Positions 50,201-64,000 of a stretch of 64,000 nucleotides of DNA are shown in pieces. The position numbers were made by a program, and so were the translations under genes. Each line of letters opens with the position of its first letter. Positions within the stretch are counted from its first letter, which is position 1. The stretch comes from Octopus vulgaris (Eukaryota), in contig OX597839.1 in NCBI GenBank assembly GCA_951406725.2, positions 31,062,001-31,126,000 of the forward strand, in the 5' to 3' direction. Under the pieces are notes generated by a model. It saw only the letters and a list, made by a program, of their open reading frames with translations, ran no database searches and was not told where the DNA came from.

Positions 50201-53200
50201 TCGGATCTTTTGAATTTTCGAAGCCCTTTGCCCTACACTTTTGGAACAGATTTCCCCCATAAATTTCTTTATAATCGTAATGTATGCCATTTGAAAGGTA
50301 TTTCATAAAATTTCATTGAAAAATAAATCCATTTTCCTAAAATTTACAAGGGAAAAGTTTGGATCTTTTGAATTTTCGAAGCCCTTTGCCCTACACTTTT
50401 GGAAAAGATTTCCCCCACAAATTTCTTTATAATCATAATGTATGCCATTTGAAAGGTATTTCCATAAAATTTCATTGCAAAATAAATCCATTTTCCTAAA
50501 ATTTACGAGGGAAAAGGTCGGATCTATTGAATTTTCGAAGCCCTTTGCCCTACACTTTTGGAAAAGATTTGCCCCACAAATTTCTTTATAATCGTAATGT
50601 ATGCCATTTGAAAGGTATTTCCATAAAATTTCATTGAAAATTAAATCCATTTTCCTAAAATTTACGAGGGAAAAGCTCGGATCTTTTGAATTTTCGAAGC
50701 CCTTTGCCCCACCCTTTTCGAAAAGATTTCCCCCATAAATTTCTTTATAATCGTAATGTATGCCATTTGAAAGGTATTTCCATAAAATTTCATTGAAAAA
50801 TAAATTCATTTTCCTAAAATTTACAAGGGAAAAGCTCGGATCTTTTGAATTTTCGAAGCCCTTTCCCCCACCCTTTTGGAAAAGATTTCCCCCGTAAATT
50901 TCTTTATAATCGTAATGTATGCCTTTTGAAGGGTATTTCCATAAAATTTCATTGAAAAATATATCCATTTTCCTAAAATTTACGAGGGAACGGCTTGGAT
51001 CTTTTGAATTTTCGAAGCCCTTTCCCCACCCTTTTGGAAAAGATTTGCCCGATAAATTTCTTTATAATCGTAATGTATGCCTTTTGAAGGGTATTTCCAT
51101 AAAATTTCATTGAAAAATAAAACCATTTTCCTAAAATTTACGAGGGAACGGCTTGAATTTATTTATAATTTTCGAAGCCCTTTCCCCACCCTTTTGGAAA
51201 AGATTTGCCCCATAAATTTCTTTATAATCGTAATGTATGCCTTTTGAAGGGTATTTCCATAAAATTTCATTGAAAATTAAATCCATTTTCCTAAAATTTA
51301 CAAGGGAAAACCTCGGATCTTTTGAATTTTCGAAGCCCTTTCCCCCACCCTTTTGGAAAAGATTTCCCCATAAATTTCTTTATAATCATAATGTATGCCA
51401 TTTGAAAGGTATTTCCATAAAATTTCATTGAAAAATAAATCCATTTTCCTAAAATTTACGAGGGAAAAGGTCGGATCTTTTGAATTTTCGAAGCCCTTTC
51501 CCCCACCCTTTTGGAAAAGATTTCCCCCATAAATTTCTTTATAATCATAATGTATGCCATTTGAAGGGTATTTCCATAAAATTTCATTGAAAAATAAATC
51601 CATTTTCCTAAAATTGACGAGGGAAAAGGTCGGATCTTTTGAATTTTCGAAGCCCTTTGCCCTACACTTTTGGAAAAGATTTCCCCCACAAATTTCTTTA
51701 TAATCGTAATGTATGCCATTTGAAAGGTATTTCCATAAAATTTCATTGAAAATTAAATCCATTTTCCTAAAATTTACGAGGGAAAAGCTCGGATCTTTTG
51801 AATTTTCGAAGCCCTTTCCCCCACCCTTTTGGAAAAGATTTCCCCATAAATTTCTTTATAATCGTAATGTATGCCATTTGAAAGGTATTTCCATAAAATT
51901 TCATTGAAAAATAAATCCATTTTCCTAAAATTTACAAGGGAAAACCTCGGATCTTTTGAATTTTCGAAGCCCTTTCCCCCACCCTTTTGGAAAAGATTTC
52001 CCCCATAAATTTCTTTATAATCGTAATGTATGCCATTTGAAAGGTATTTCCATAAAATTTCATTGAAAAATAAATCCATTTTCCTAAAATTTACGAGGGA
52101 AAACCTCGGATCTTTTGAATATTCGAAGCCCTTTCCCCCACCCTTTTGGAAAAGATTTCCCCCATAAATTTCTTTATAATCGTAATGTATGCCATTTGAA
52201 AGGTATTTCCATAAAATTTCATTGAAAAATAAATCCATTTCCTAAAATTTACGAGGGAAAACCTCGGATCTTTTGAATTTTCGAAGCCCTTACCCCCACA
52301 CTTTTGGAAAAGATTTCCCCCATAAATTTCTTTATAATCGTAATGTATGCCATTTGAAAGGTATTTCCATAAAATTTTATTGCAAAATAAATCCATTTTC
52401 CTAAAATTTACGAGGGAACGGCTTGGATCTTTTGAATTTTCGAAGCCCTTTGCCCCAACCTTTTGGAAAAGATTTCCCCTATAAATTTCTTTATAATCGT
52501 AATGTATGCCATTTCAAAGGTATTTCCAAAAAATTTCATTGAAAAATAAATCCATTTTCCTAAAATTTACGAGGGAACGGCTTGGATCTTTTGAATTTTC
52601 GAAGCCCTTTCCCCCAACCTTTTGGAAAAGATTTCCCCTATAAATTTCTTTATAATCGTAATGTATGCCATTTCAAAGGTATTTCCAAAAAATTTCATTG
52701 AAAAATAAATCCATTTTCCTAAAATTTACGAGGGAAAAGCTTGGATCTTTTGAATTTTCGAAGCCCTTTGCCCTACACTTTTGGAAAAGATTTCCCCCAT
52801 AAATTTCTTTATAATCGTAATGTATGCCATTTGAAAGGTATTTCCATAAAATTTCATTGCAAAATAAATCCATTTTCCTAAAATTAACGAGGGAAAAGGT
52901 CGGATCTATTGAATTTTCGAAGCCCTTTGCCCTACACTTTTGGAAAAGATTTCCCCCACAAATTTCTTTATAATCGTAATGTATGCCATTTGAAAGGCAT
53001 TTCCATAAAATTTCATTGAAAAATAAATCCATTTTCCTTAAATTTACAAGGGAAAACCTCGGATCTTTTGAATTTTAGAAGCCCTTTCCCCCACCCTTTT
53101 GGAAAAGATTTCCCCCATAAATTTCTTTATAATCGTAATGTATGCCTTTTGAAAGGTATTTCCATAAAATTTCATTGAAAAATAAATCCATTTTCCTAAA

Positions 53201-53420
53201 ATTTACGAGGGAAAACCTCGGATCTTTTGAATTTTCGAAGCCCTTTCCCCCACCCTTTTGGAAAAGATTTCCCCCATAAATATCTTTATAATCGTAATGT
53301 ATGCCATTTGAAAGGCATTTCCATAAAATTTCATTGCAAAATAAATCCATTTCCCAAAATTTACGAGGGAAAAGCCCGGATCTTGTGAATTTCGAAAGTT
53401 CTTTCCCCACCCTTTTTGAA
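44210..53420. repeat. Satellite array, ~158-159-bp monomer, ~58 copies
   Basis: Homogeneous tandem units (CCCTTTTGGAAAAGATTTCCCCCATAAATTTCTTTATAATCGTAATGTATGCC...GAAGCCC). Confidence 0.98.
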
Positions 53421-55919
53421 GGTCAGGCGATACATGACTTTTCCTTCCCGCGGAAATCAAATTAAATAAAATTTGAGGTTCTTTTCCAGAGGGGTAAAAA
53501 TGGTAACAAAAACAGGGCAGTAACGTGGAGTAGATGAAATTAAGGCGACTGAAGAAGGGGAATTTTCCTTGTTTGAATGTCCTGTACTCTATTTTTTCAT
53601 TGTTTAAAAAAATGTCTATTTCCTCGGTTTTGTGGTTATGTTTTCGTTTCTCATTGTGTTCGACGTTTTTTTCGTGTCCTGTACCCATATATGCATGTAA
53701 AGGTAGGTACGTACATATATGTATGTATATATGCATATGTTTTATTTATTTATTTATATATTGACTGAACGCACGCATACATTTCTAAGTAAGATTGTTC
53801 TATATATATATATATATATATCTGTGTGCCAAATTCACTCACAAGGTTTTGGTTAAGCCCGAGGCTATAGTAGAAGACACTTGCCCAAGATTCCATGCAG
53901 TGGGACTGAACCTGGAACCATGTGTTTGGGAAGCAAGCTTCTTACCACACAGTCTCTCCTTTTTTTTTTTTGTCCAATAGATCTCTCTCTCTTCTCTCTT
54001 TCTCTATGTGGACTTCCTGACCAAAATCTGAAGAATTTGGCCATTTTTGGAGAAAAATGTAGCAGAAGTTAGTGGAATATTCCTTAAGTTTCAAAGCCTG
54101 TTGTGTAAAATGTTTAATTACTCAATAACACGTAATTACTTACTTGAATCTAATTACTCGATTATCATTATTCATGTCATCTCCTCATCATCATTTAATG
54201 TCGGCTTTACATGTTGGCATGGGTTGGACAGTTTGAGAGGAAGAACATCAAGCAGTAAGGATGCATCAAACTGCACTGAGCTGTAGTGCTGCAGCTTAGT
54301 GCAGAGCTGCATTGAGTCACAAGACTGCATTGAGATACACAACTGCATCAAGCCCCAATGTCATCTTTAATCCCTGACATATAATTCCTCACTCATTAAT
54401 CCCTGACATAATTCCTCACTCATACATCATTATATATAATTCCTCATCCATATAAAGTTGTTCAGTGAAATGGATTCCTTCCATTCTGCAGGACTTCCTC
54501 CTGTTGCGAATATCTTCTAATTGGGAGATGAAACAGGAAAAACGGTTTTGTTAGTAATTAATAAATTCAAATTATTTAGTTGACAGACCTTAAAAAACAA
54601 AAAAAATCAGTAATATGGGAAAATTCCTTTAAATAAAAGGTCCCTTGATGGTGAAAAGGTTGGGGATCACCAGATTAAGGGTTAATTGTCACCTGTTTTT
54701 ATTTCATTTAAATGTTTTATTGAGAGGTCCTACAAAAGGTCAGTTTTCGGTGACCTTTTGTAGAACCCAGGACACTGGTAAAAATGATAACGAACTCAAA
54801 TGTAATTTAGCCCTTTCGTTACCATATTTCTTTTGAAATCCACTGCTTTCGTTTCAATTAATTTTGAAGATAATAAAGAATTTAGAGAAGTAACTTTGTC
54901 TTTAAGCTGAAGTTTGGAACAAATTAACATGAAATTTCAATGAAAGAGTTTAGTTTAGATCAGTTTTACAGGACTTTTGTATCATACAACCACGGGTCAA
55001 TTGGTTTCTGGTGAGTTGGTTAAAGTCTCGCACCAGTAAGGATTTCAATAAAGACACCCAAGGGTCTTTATGGGGTTAGGGTTAGATGGAGACACCTGAC
55101 TCAGCTATGAAGACAAGGTGTCACAAGAGATGTCATAAACGGCATCACAAGTGGAGCCACCAGTGGTGTCTCTCTAATTAGTTGAGTTTGTGATAAATTA
55201 TTGTCACTGTTCTGAAATGAAAACCTGTAGGGGCCATATTTTATCAAACCAAAAGGAATAACACCAACACAAAACATTAGAATATATTTCATCTTTATTT
55301 CACTCAATGGCAAATTTATCGCAGACTATTTTTTCTTCCCAAATCTATTGTTTATTTTTTTCATTTAATTTAATTTTTTTTTTTTTGTTTCAAATACTAT
55401 TTATTTATTATTATTATTATCAAATTTTGTTTTATTTTACAATTTTTAAACAGAATCTTTTAAAACATTTCAAGATAAATGTCCAATATTTAGGTTGTCT
55501 TTTGTTAAAATTTTTTGATGCGTATAAAGACCCACATTCTGTAGAGAAGAGAAAAGAGGCGTGGGAGAAAATCAATATATTGGCATTGATTATGTAACCT
55601 AATGGAATGGATCCACAAAGTCTGGCTCCATTTGTTTTCACATCAACCATTATTTAAGTTAAAAGACAGGATTAACCAAGAATTAATTAAAGAATGTGAC
55701 TAATTTATTAGTTAAATTATGTAATTAATGAATAATCAAAGGTCAAGATTAATCAATAATTAAACAACATAGCTAACCAATAATGTAATTAACCAAAAAT
55801 TAGTGAACAGATGTGATTAAGCTACAATTAGTTAAAAGATGTAATTAACTAGATAAAGGATGTAATTAACCAATAATTAAATGATATGGTTAACCAATAA
55901 TTAGTTAAATAATAATCTT

Positions 55920-56342
55920 GACCCTTTAGCATTCAGATTACTCTAACGAGTTTCATCCTTATTTGAATTAATCCTGCATTATCTTGTAGTTTTGAGATTT
56001 CAATGATGTGATTGTTTATTTTTAGAATGACATTGTAGGGTGGGTGTGGAGGCTGGATGTGGTCTGTCACATGGTTTGAACATAAAACAAGATGAATGTT
56101 TGGACCCTGAAAATGGCTGATTTAAATGCTATAAGGGGACACTTATATAAGTATGGATAACCCTTTAAGCATTCAGATTATTCTGTCAGATGTAATCCTT
56201 ATTTATTCAAATTGTTTTCAATTAATCCTGCATTATCTCATAGCTTTGAGATTTTGGTGATGTGATTGTTCATCTTTAAAATGACATTGTTGGTTAGGTG
56301 TGACAAGCCAGATCTGGCTGGTTTAAATGCTGAAAGGTTAAC
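55920..56342. mobile_element. Two adjacent piggyBac-like MITE copies
   Basis: Each starts (A)ACCCTTTA(A)GCATTCAGATTA and ends AAATGCT..AAGG; TTAA-like right flank. Confidence 0.55.
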
Positions 56343-56719
56343 CTAAAGATTAGATTAATTGTCATGACAATTCTACAATGGAATTTACTGCCATCCTTCT
56401 CTGTCTACGGGGGGGGGGGGTCTATAAAACAAACTATAAAATTTCAAAAATTAAAAATAGATTCTCACTCAGTCACACAATATGATAAACTTGGTTGTTT
56501 TATTCATTAATTGAAAATTATCAAATATATTTAATCACTGATTGAACTCCATTGATATTAGACTGATTAGTTCATCACAAAATATTGCTCCGAGTAATTT
56601 CCAGGAAATAGAACTTTTTCAAGAGATGATGCTACTACTACTACCACAATCGCTACTACCTCTACCACCACCACTACCACTAGTTATTATTATTGTTGTT
56701 GTTATTATCATTTTTATTA

Positions 56720-58790
56720 TGGCGGCAAGTTGACAGAATCGTTAGCACACCAAGCGAAATGTTTAGCAGTATTTTGTCTGTCTCCACATTTGGAGTTCAA
56801 ATTCCGCTGAGGTCGACTTTTCCTTTCACCCTTTCTGGGTCGATAAAATAAGTACCAGTTGAGGACAGGGGTCGGTGTAATCAGCTATCCCCCACCCCCA
56901 AATTTCAGGCCTTGTGCCTATAGTAAAAAGGATTATTATTATTATTATTACTCTTGTTTCAGTCATTTGACTGGCCATGCTGGAGCACTGCCTTTAGTCA
57001 AACAAATTGACCCCAGGACTTATTCTTTGTAAGCCTAGTACATACTTATTCTATCAGTCTTTTTTGTTGAACTGCTAAGTTATGGGGATGTAAACACACC
57101 AACATCAGTTGTCAAGGGACAGTGGGGAGACAAACACAGACACACAAACATATACATACATATATATGACGGGCTTCTTTCAGTTTTCATCTGCCAAATC
57201 CACTCCCAAGGCTATAGCAGAAGACATTTACCCAAGGTGCCACCCAATGGGACTGAACCTGGAACCATGTGGTTGGTAAGCAAGCTATTATTAAAGCAGT
57301 GATCTGGCAAAATGCTTAGCAGCATTTCATCTGTCTTTATTTCTGAGTTCAAATTCCACCAAGGTCAATTTTACCTTTTATCCTTTTGGGGTCAATAAAA
57401 TAAGTACCAGTTGAACACTGGAGTCGATGTCCTCAACTGGCTACCAACCCCAAAGTTTTAGACCTTGTGCCAAAAGAAGAAAAGATGAAGGCAGCAGGTT
57501 AGTAGAATCTTTAGCAGCATCTTGTTTGTTGCTATGTTCTGAGTTCAAATTCTGCCAAAGTCGCCTTTGCCTTTCATCCTTTCAGAGTTGATAAAAACAA
57601 GTACCAGTTAATTATTGGGGTCAATGTAATCGACTTGCCCCTCCCCTCAAGAGGGTAGCGAAACCTTTATTATTCACTACCCTCTTGGAGTGGTTGGCAT
57701 TAGGAAAAGCATCCAGCCTTAGAAACCGGCCAAACTAGATTGGAACCTGGTGCAGCCCCTCTGGTCTACCAGTTTTTGATCAAACTGTCCAACCCATGCC
57801 AGCATGGACAATGGACGTTAAATGATGATGATGTGAGCAGCAAAATCATGAGTGCATTGGACAAAATGTTTAGTGACATTTCTTCTGGCTTTACATTCTG
57901 AGTTCAAATTCCGCCAAGGTTTGAATTTTCATTTTATCCGTTCAGGGTTGCTAAAATAAATACAAGTTGTGTTCTGGGGTTGATGTAATCTAAAAGTCTC
58001 TTTGCCCAAACTTAAGCCTTGTGACTTGAATCGAAAAGATTATTATTACTATTATTATCATTTGAAATTCTACAGACCCAAATAAAGAAACAAAAAGCAC
58101 ACACACACAGATGTACTTCAATGAACAAAATTATTTTCCATAAATATATTTTACTTGCTTCAACCATTGCACTGTGTCCATGTTGGAGCATCTTTCTGAA
58201 GGATTCAGTCGATCAAATCAACTCCAGTAAATATTATATCAGTCACTCTTTGCTAAGTTGTAGAGATGTAAACAAACCAACATTGGCAGTTGAGAAGTGA
58301 TGAGACAAATACTAACGCACACGCTCACATATATGTATACACTTACATGCACCACACACATACATATATACAGATACAGTACGTATATATATTTATATAT
58401 ATATATATATATATATTTAGTGGCACTCTGTTGCTTGCAATGATGTAAGTTCCATTTGATCCGATCAATGGAACAGCCTGCTTATGAAATTAACATGCAA
58501 GTGGCTGAGTACACCGCAGTCATGCATACCCTTAATGCCAGCTGAGTGGACCAGAGCAACAAGAAATAAAGATTCTTGCTCAAGGATACAACACCCTGCT
58601 GGGAATCGAACACATGATATGTGTGAGTGTGTGTAAACACATACATGCACACATCTCTCGGTCGCACACAACAGGCTTCTGTACAGTTTCCACTTGCCAC
58701 ATTCACTCACAAAACATTGGTCATCCTGGGGCTATAGGATAAGACAAGGTGCTGCCAAGTGGAACGGAACCTGAAACCACATGGGTCCCT
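56720..58790. mobile_element. Cluster of diverged SINEs (families A-D)
   Basis: Repeated GAGTTCAAATTC...CATCCTTTC...ATAAGTACC and other family motifs. Confidence 0.75.
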
Positions 58791-61687
58791 GCCCCTTTAT
58801 AGTTTTAGTATTTTTGTATTACTTTAGCTCATAACTTGTTCTTTAAATGTCAATGCAAGTGTGTCTGGAAAATTCACCATAAAAGAAGCATGCAAGCAGA
58901 CTGTAAACTAGGTAACTCATTTTAAAGAGATGACCCTCCTCTAATTAGTTGACGAATTTACTATTTTAAGGAAACAACTAATCTTAATTGTTTTGAAATT
59001 TATTATTTGTAATATATTTTTTCACAGTGAATTTTCCTATAGCAATAATGTTTATGGTGAGATTTCCTATAACCCAAACTAGGGAATTCTGTTTAGTTCT
59101 GATCAGTCTGGGTAGTTTCTATCATGGTTTTGATTTCAGATGGAAGTTCTTAGATTCTAAACTTGGGCAAAAGCTTGGACTGTGCTGCATCTGGACTGAC
59201 TTGGATTTTCATATGTACAATAAAGTATTGTATGGCACATAGCTAACCATAATGGTACCTAGCTAGCCATCTGTCTGTATTGATAACTGGTTAGTCTTAA
59301 TGGTACCTGGTCAGCCATAATAGTACCTAACTGATCTTGAAGGTACCTGTATTCAGATTGATGATTTCAATCATCACCATCCCTTCAAAAATGGTGATTC
59401 TGTGCCTAACGAAGGAGACATTATTTAAGGTAACGAGCAGCTAGAATCGTTGGGAAAATGCTCTGCAGTACTTCATCCAACTTGTTACATTCCGGGTTCA
59501 AATTCTGCTGAAAGCAATTTTGCCTTTTATCCTTTCAGGGTTGATAAAATAAGGTACAAATTAAGTCCTATTCCTAAATTAGAGACAATCTTTATTAATA
59601 ATAGTATTTATTTTACTCCTAATACCCCACCCCTGCCCCTTCAATTTAATGTAAATTTGTATTTTTATGTAACAATTTGTTGATAAACCAGATTCTCTCC
59701 CCCACAAGGTCCAACAGAACAGACTTGAGCAATTAATTATCCTTTTTTGCATAGACACAAGACCTGAAATGTGGGAGGTTTTTAGTCAATTACATTGACT
59801 CCAGTGCCCAACTGGTACTTATTTTATTGACCCTGAAAGAATGAAAGGAAAAGGTCGACTTTCAGCGAAATTTGAACATAAAACCAGACGAAATATCCCT
59901 AAGCATTTTGTCTGGCATACAAACAGTTCTGCCAGATCACTGCCTTACTTCAACAGTTAAGGGAAGTTTAGCATTCAAACTAAATACGAAGAATTCTTTA
60001 ACATTGAAGTTGTCTCAACATGGCATTTTGTCCAATGCTCAAATGACTCTGTCTTAGTAATGATTCCTTATTTAGATAGAAAGCCCAGCAATTTTAATTA
60101 GAGGGGTGCCATTTACCCTTGTTCTTAGCTGGTATTTTATTTTATTGATCCCCAAAAAGATGAAAGACAAAGTCAACCTCAGCAGGATTTGAAATCAAAA
60201 TGTATAAGAAAAAAAAAAGGCCAGATGAAATATAATGACCTTAAAAAGTAGAAAAAGAAGCCAAGACAGAAATGGACGGAGTAGAATACCACAAGGTATT
60301 ATTGATTCACACTGATACAGTCATTCTTCACCAATCTGTTATATTTGTGAGTATATCATATGTGTCTGCGCTTGTATACATACACTTATCAATGTATGTG
60401 TGAGAGTCTCAGAACTTGCAACTTGTTTGCATCTGGAGTCTGCAGACAGCAGTGCATTGGATGCAGCAAATGCATCCATGTCTGATCCCAATGACTGACT
60501 GTGCATTCAGTTAGACATTTCTGAATCTATGCATAACTGGAGGAACAAGCCTGTATTTACTTGAGTGAGTACGAATTTGCTGCTGTACATCATTTGTACA
60601 CAGTCCTATGCTATCATCGACCTCACATTGGTGCTTTCACTGTTTAAATACTGGATTCTCTCAAATCCTGGAAATTTATATATTTATTTATACACATGTA
60701 TATATGTGTGTGTGTGTGATACATGCATCTATCTATGTGTATAGTATATGTTTGCGTGTGCTTGTGCATAGAAACATACATTTGATACATGCATTCATCA
60801 ATATGTATATTATATATACATGTGTATTATGAATGTATGCATGTCTATGTATATATAAACATACACACACATATATATATGTATATACACACATGCACAA
60901 TTATCATTTAACATCCGTTTTCTATGCTGGCATGGGTTGGATGGTTCAACAGGAGTTGGCAAGGCTGGGAGTCATACCAAGCTCCACTGTCTGTTTCGGC
61001 ATGCTTTCCACAGCTGGACACCCTAACACCAACCACGTTACATATATATGTATTTACATACACACACATTTGACACAAGTATTTACCAATGATTACATAC
61101 ACACAGCCACACACGTTTGTTAGCTTCTACCATTTCCACCTTCAAAATTCCACCTACAAAGCAACATAGGTGCAGTAACAAAGCCTTTGTACCCCAAAGT
61201 AGGATCAAATCTCCAACTACATGGTTGACAAAACAAATTATTTAACCACCTGGTTAATAATAATAATAATAATCTCGTGATTTACATATTTAAGCCTTAA
61301 TTCAAGAATAAAAAATACGATTTTTAAAATTCTTTAAAAATAAAAAGGAAAAAAAAAAATAGCCAAACACAAAAATGGTTTTGGTTTTATTTTTTTTTTA
61401 TTTCTTTATTAATTATTTCAGTTTTCGTAGTAATGAACTGTTTTTGAAACAAAAACAAAAAAAAAGTTGGTAACGAACAGTTTGGGACAAGAAACCAATT
61501 AATTTCACCCCTAACCGTCTGATAAATTTGTTATTTTTTTATAGTATCATTATTATTATTTTCAATTTTTCATTGTCAATCATTACATTATTATTATTAT
61601 TATTATCATCATTATTGAATTTTTAATTTTGTGTAGTGAAGGACCCTGATCAGAAGTTCTTGGTTTCCATTGTTTTTAGCTTTTAAA

Positions 61688-61738
<51 letters not shown>

Positions 61739-62432
61739 TATATATATACACATATATATATATACACATATATATATACATATATATATATATACATACA
61801 TGCATATATATATATATACACACACATATACATAAATATATACACACACAACTACATAGGTATATACATATATATATGTGTATATATATATGTATATATA
61901 TATATCAATATCACTCCATTTTAATTTCATCTGTATAAATCATAGTGTAACAAATGTCATAGTAATGTTTGTCTCTAGGTTATCCTTGTGGCAAAAATAA
62001 AGAAATTATTATTATCATCATCATCATCATCATTATTATTATTATTACTGTAGTTTTACGTTTAACATTATCTCTCCTTGGTAATATTAGCTGCTGTGGT
62101 TATCATCATCATCATTATATATGTTCTGAATTCAACCCCCACAGCACCGATGCCAACTTTACAGGATCAATACAAAAAAAAAATAAGTACCAGTTATATC
62201 CTGGGGAAGATATTTTATTCAATCAACAATATACCACTGCTTCCAAATTTCTGACCTTGTCCCCAAATAAAAGAAATTTCTAGATTTTATTTTAAGTTCT
62301 TTTTTTTTTTTGTCATTTTTTAAACACAAATTTGGATTCTTGCGAAACCAAAATTTTTTTTTAATTTTATTTTTTGTTTTTAACAAGCCAGAGTAACAAG
62401 CTCTATGGCATGACCTAAGCCTTGAACTCCCC

Positions 62433-62507
<75 letters not shown>

Positions 62508-64000
62508 GTCAATAAGTTTTTCCTGAAGCATGAGGGCCATATCTTATTTTATTTAATTTTAAAGAGACTAGGGAATTGGGTCGGGGGTGGGAGCAGTGTA
62601 ATAAAGGGATAGGGGAGGGGGATGAATGAATCCTGGTTTGTGGGGTGGGAGGTCATCGCTGAACAAACGAACGACCACAAAACCACACTGTCCTTTCTCT
62701 CCATCACTGAAAAAACTCAATTTGTAACAACAAAAACATCATCAACAACAACAACAAGAACAGCAACAATAACAACAGTGATGAATTCTTCACAAAGTTG
62801 AAAGAGAATGTGTGATTCTGAGATGTTCATGCTTTTTTTAGCAAAGTAAGCAAAATGACATCAGTCTCCAACCAGGAATGAAATTCGTAGAACTCGGCTC
62901 ACCAGGAGCTCACATCTTACTCTCTACACCACATGCCAATAATAATAGTAATAATAATAATAATAATAATAATGATAAATAATGATTTCTTTTGCCAAAG
63001 TACAAGGCCTTGTCTGTGTAAAGGTAAAGATGCAATATAGTTCACAGAATCAATTACCCATTAGGTTACTGGTACATATTTTCTTGACCCAGATGTCATT
63101 TGAGAACAGAAATAGGAGGAGAGAGAGAGATAGGATAGGAGGAGGGGGTGAAACAGCTGGGATGTCACATCATAACCCCCGCCCTCGTTAAATAACAATA
63201 ACAACAACAACAATTTCTTACTCAGGTAAATTTTGTAGAAGAGATTATAGGATTACAAGAAAATCCTCATTCTGTTATTCCTATGGAACACACAGACAGA
63301 CACCTACACAGGAAATGGAAATGAAAGATCCAAGCTGGCACTTGAAGGATTTGAACTGCAGACAGTGATGTGACTAAGAGACGTATGTATGTATGTATAT
63401 GTGTGTGTGTATATATTTATATATCTCTACCTGTATACATCAACTAGAGTTTCTACACTTTCAGACATCTCCCCCTGTTACTCATGGATGGAGTAACAGG
63501 CATTTTATATTGACTAGCAGTAAAAGTTAATAGGTTTTTAAAGAGAGAGAAAGAGGGATTGGAGAGATGCCATGGAGTTCAACCCTTTCCAAAAACTGTT
63601 AGCAACATAAGCAAAGTGAAACAGTTGAAACCCTTCACCTAGACTGTGCCTCATCTATATACATACAAAGACTTTCTTCAACTCTTTGTAGGCCAGTATC
63701 CATGTGTTAGTGCACATACAAACTGATGAAATATACTCACATATTCACACATTTCTATATACATACACACTGTCCACATTGTGTATATACATCAGGAATG
63801 GACAGCCTTTCTTGAGAAGTGGACTACATGAGACACAACTCCTCATCAGCTGTGCCACTCAGAAAGTCCCGTGGGGAACAGCCTGCCCAAGGCCAATATA
63901 CACATTCCTTAGTCATTGAACCTAATTCTATGCGTATACACTATGTACATATGTATCTGTCTCTATATATTTATATGTGTGTGTGTATAAAGCTGTTGAC

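Noticed and set aside
54440-60670. Exon-like unique patches on minus (~54450-54520, 55095-55211, 60410-60667)
   Set aside because: Acceptor-like sites but no consistent frame or recognisable protein.

Overview
This is a eukaryotic, AT-rich window dense in microsatellites and SINEs. The repeat families resemble those of an octopus (coleoid cephalopod), which is an inference. Two spliced genes can be reconstructed by hand. The first is a complete 8-exon SUMF2/pFGE-like gene on + (21336-41908, 351 aa) with a signal peptide, no catalytic cysteines and a C-terminal HFEL. The second is the 5' part of a CYP3-clan cytochrome P450 on -, with clear exons at 5192-5285 and 1945-1997 and a probable first coding exon at 19926-20077, head-to-head with SUMF2. 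Transposon material fills most of the rest: a 5'-truncated Penelope-like element with an open RT+GIY-YIG frame and inverted terminal repeat, Helitrons, mariner/Tc1 relics, Merlin-, hAT-, piggyBac- and Helentron-like MITEs, CR1/L2, R4/Dong and RTE LINE fragments, and many tRNA-derived SINEs. A 9.2-kb satellite of ~159-bp units has a degenerate dispersed homologue. The most interesting unexplained signal is a set of minimal type I hammerhead ribozyme motifs, one of them inside a ~348-nt partially tandem non-coding unit resembling a non-LTR retrozyme. All calls come from reading the sequence by eye; no searches were run.
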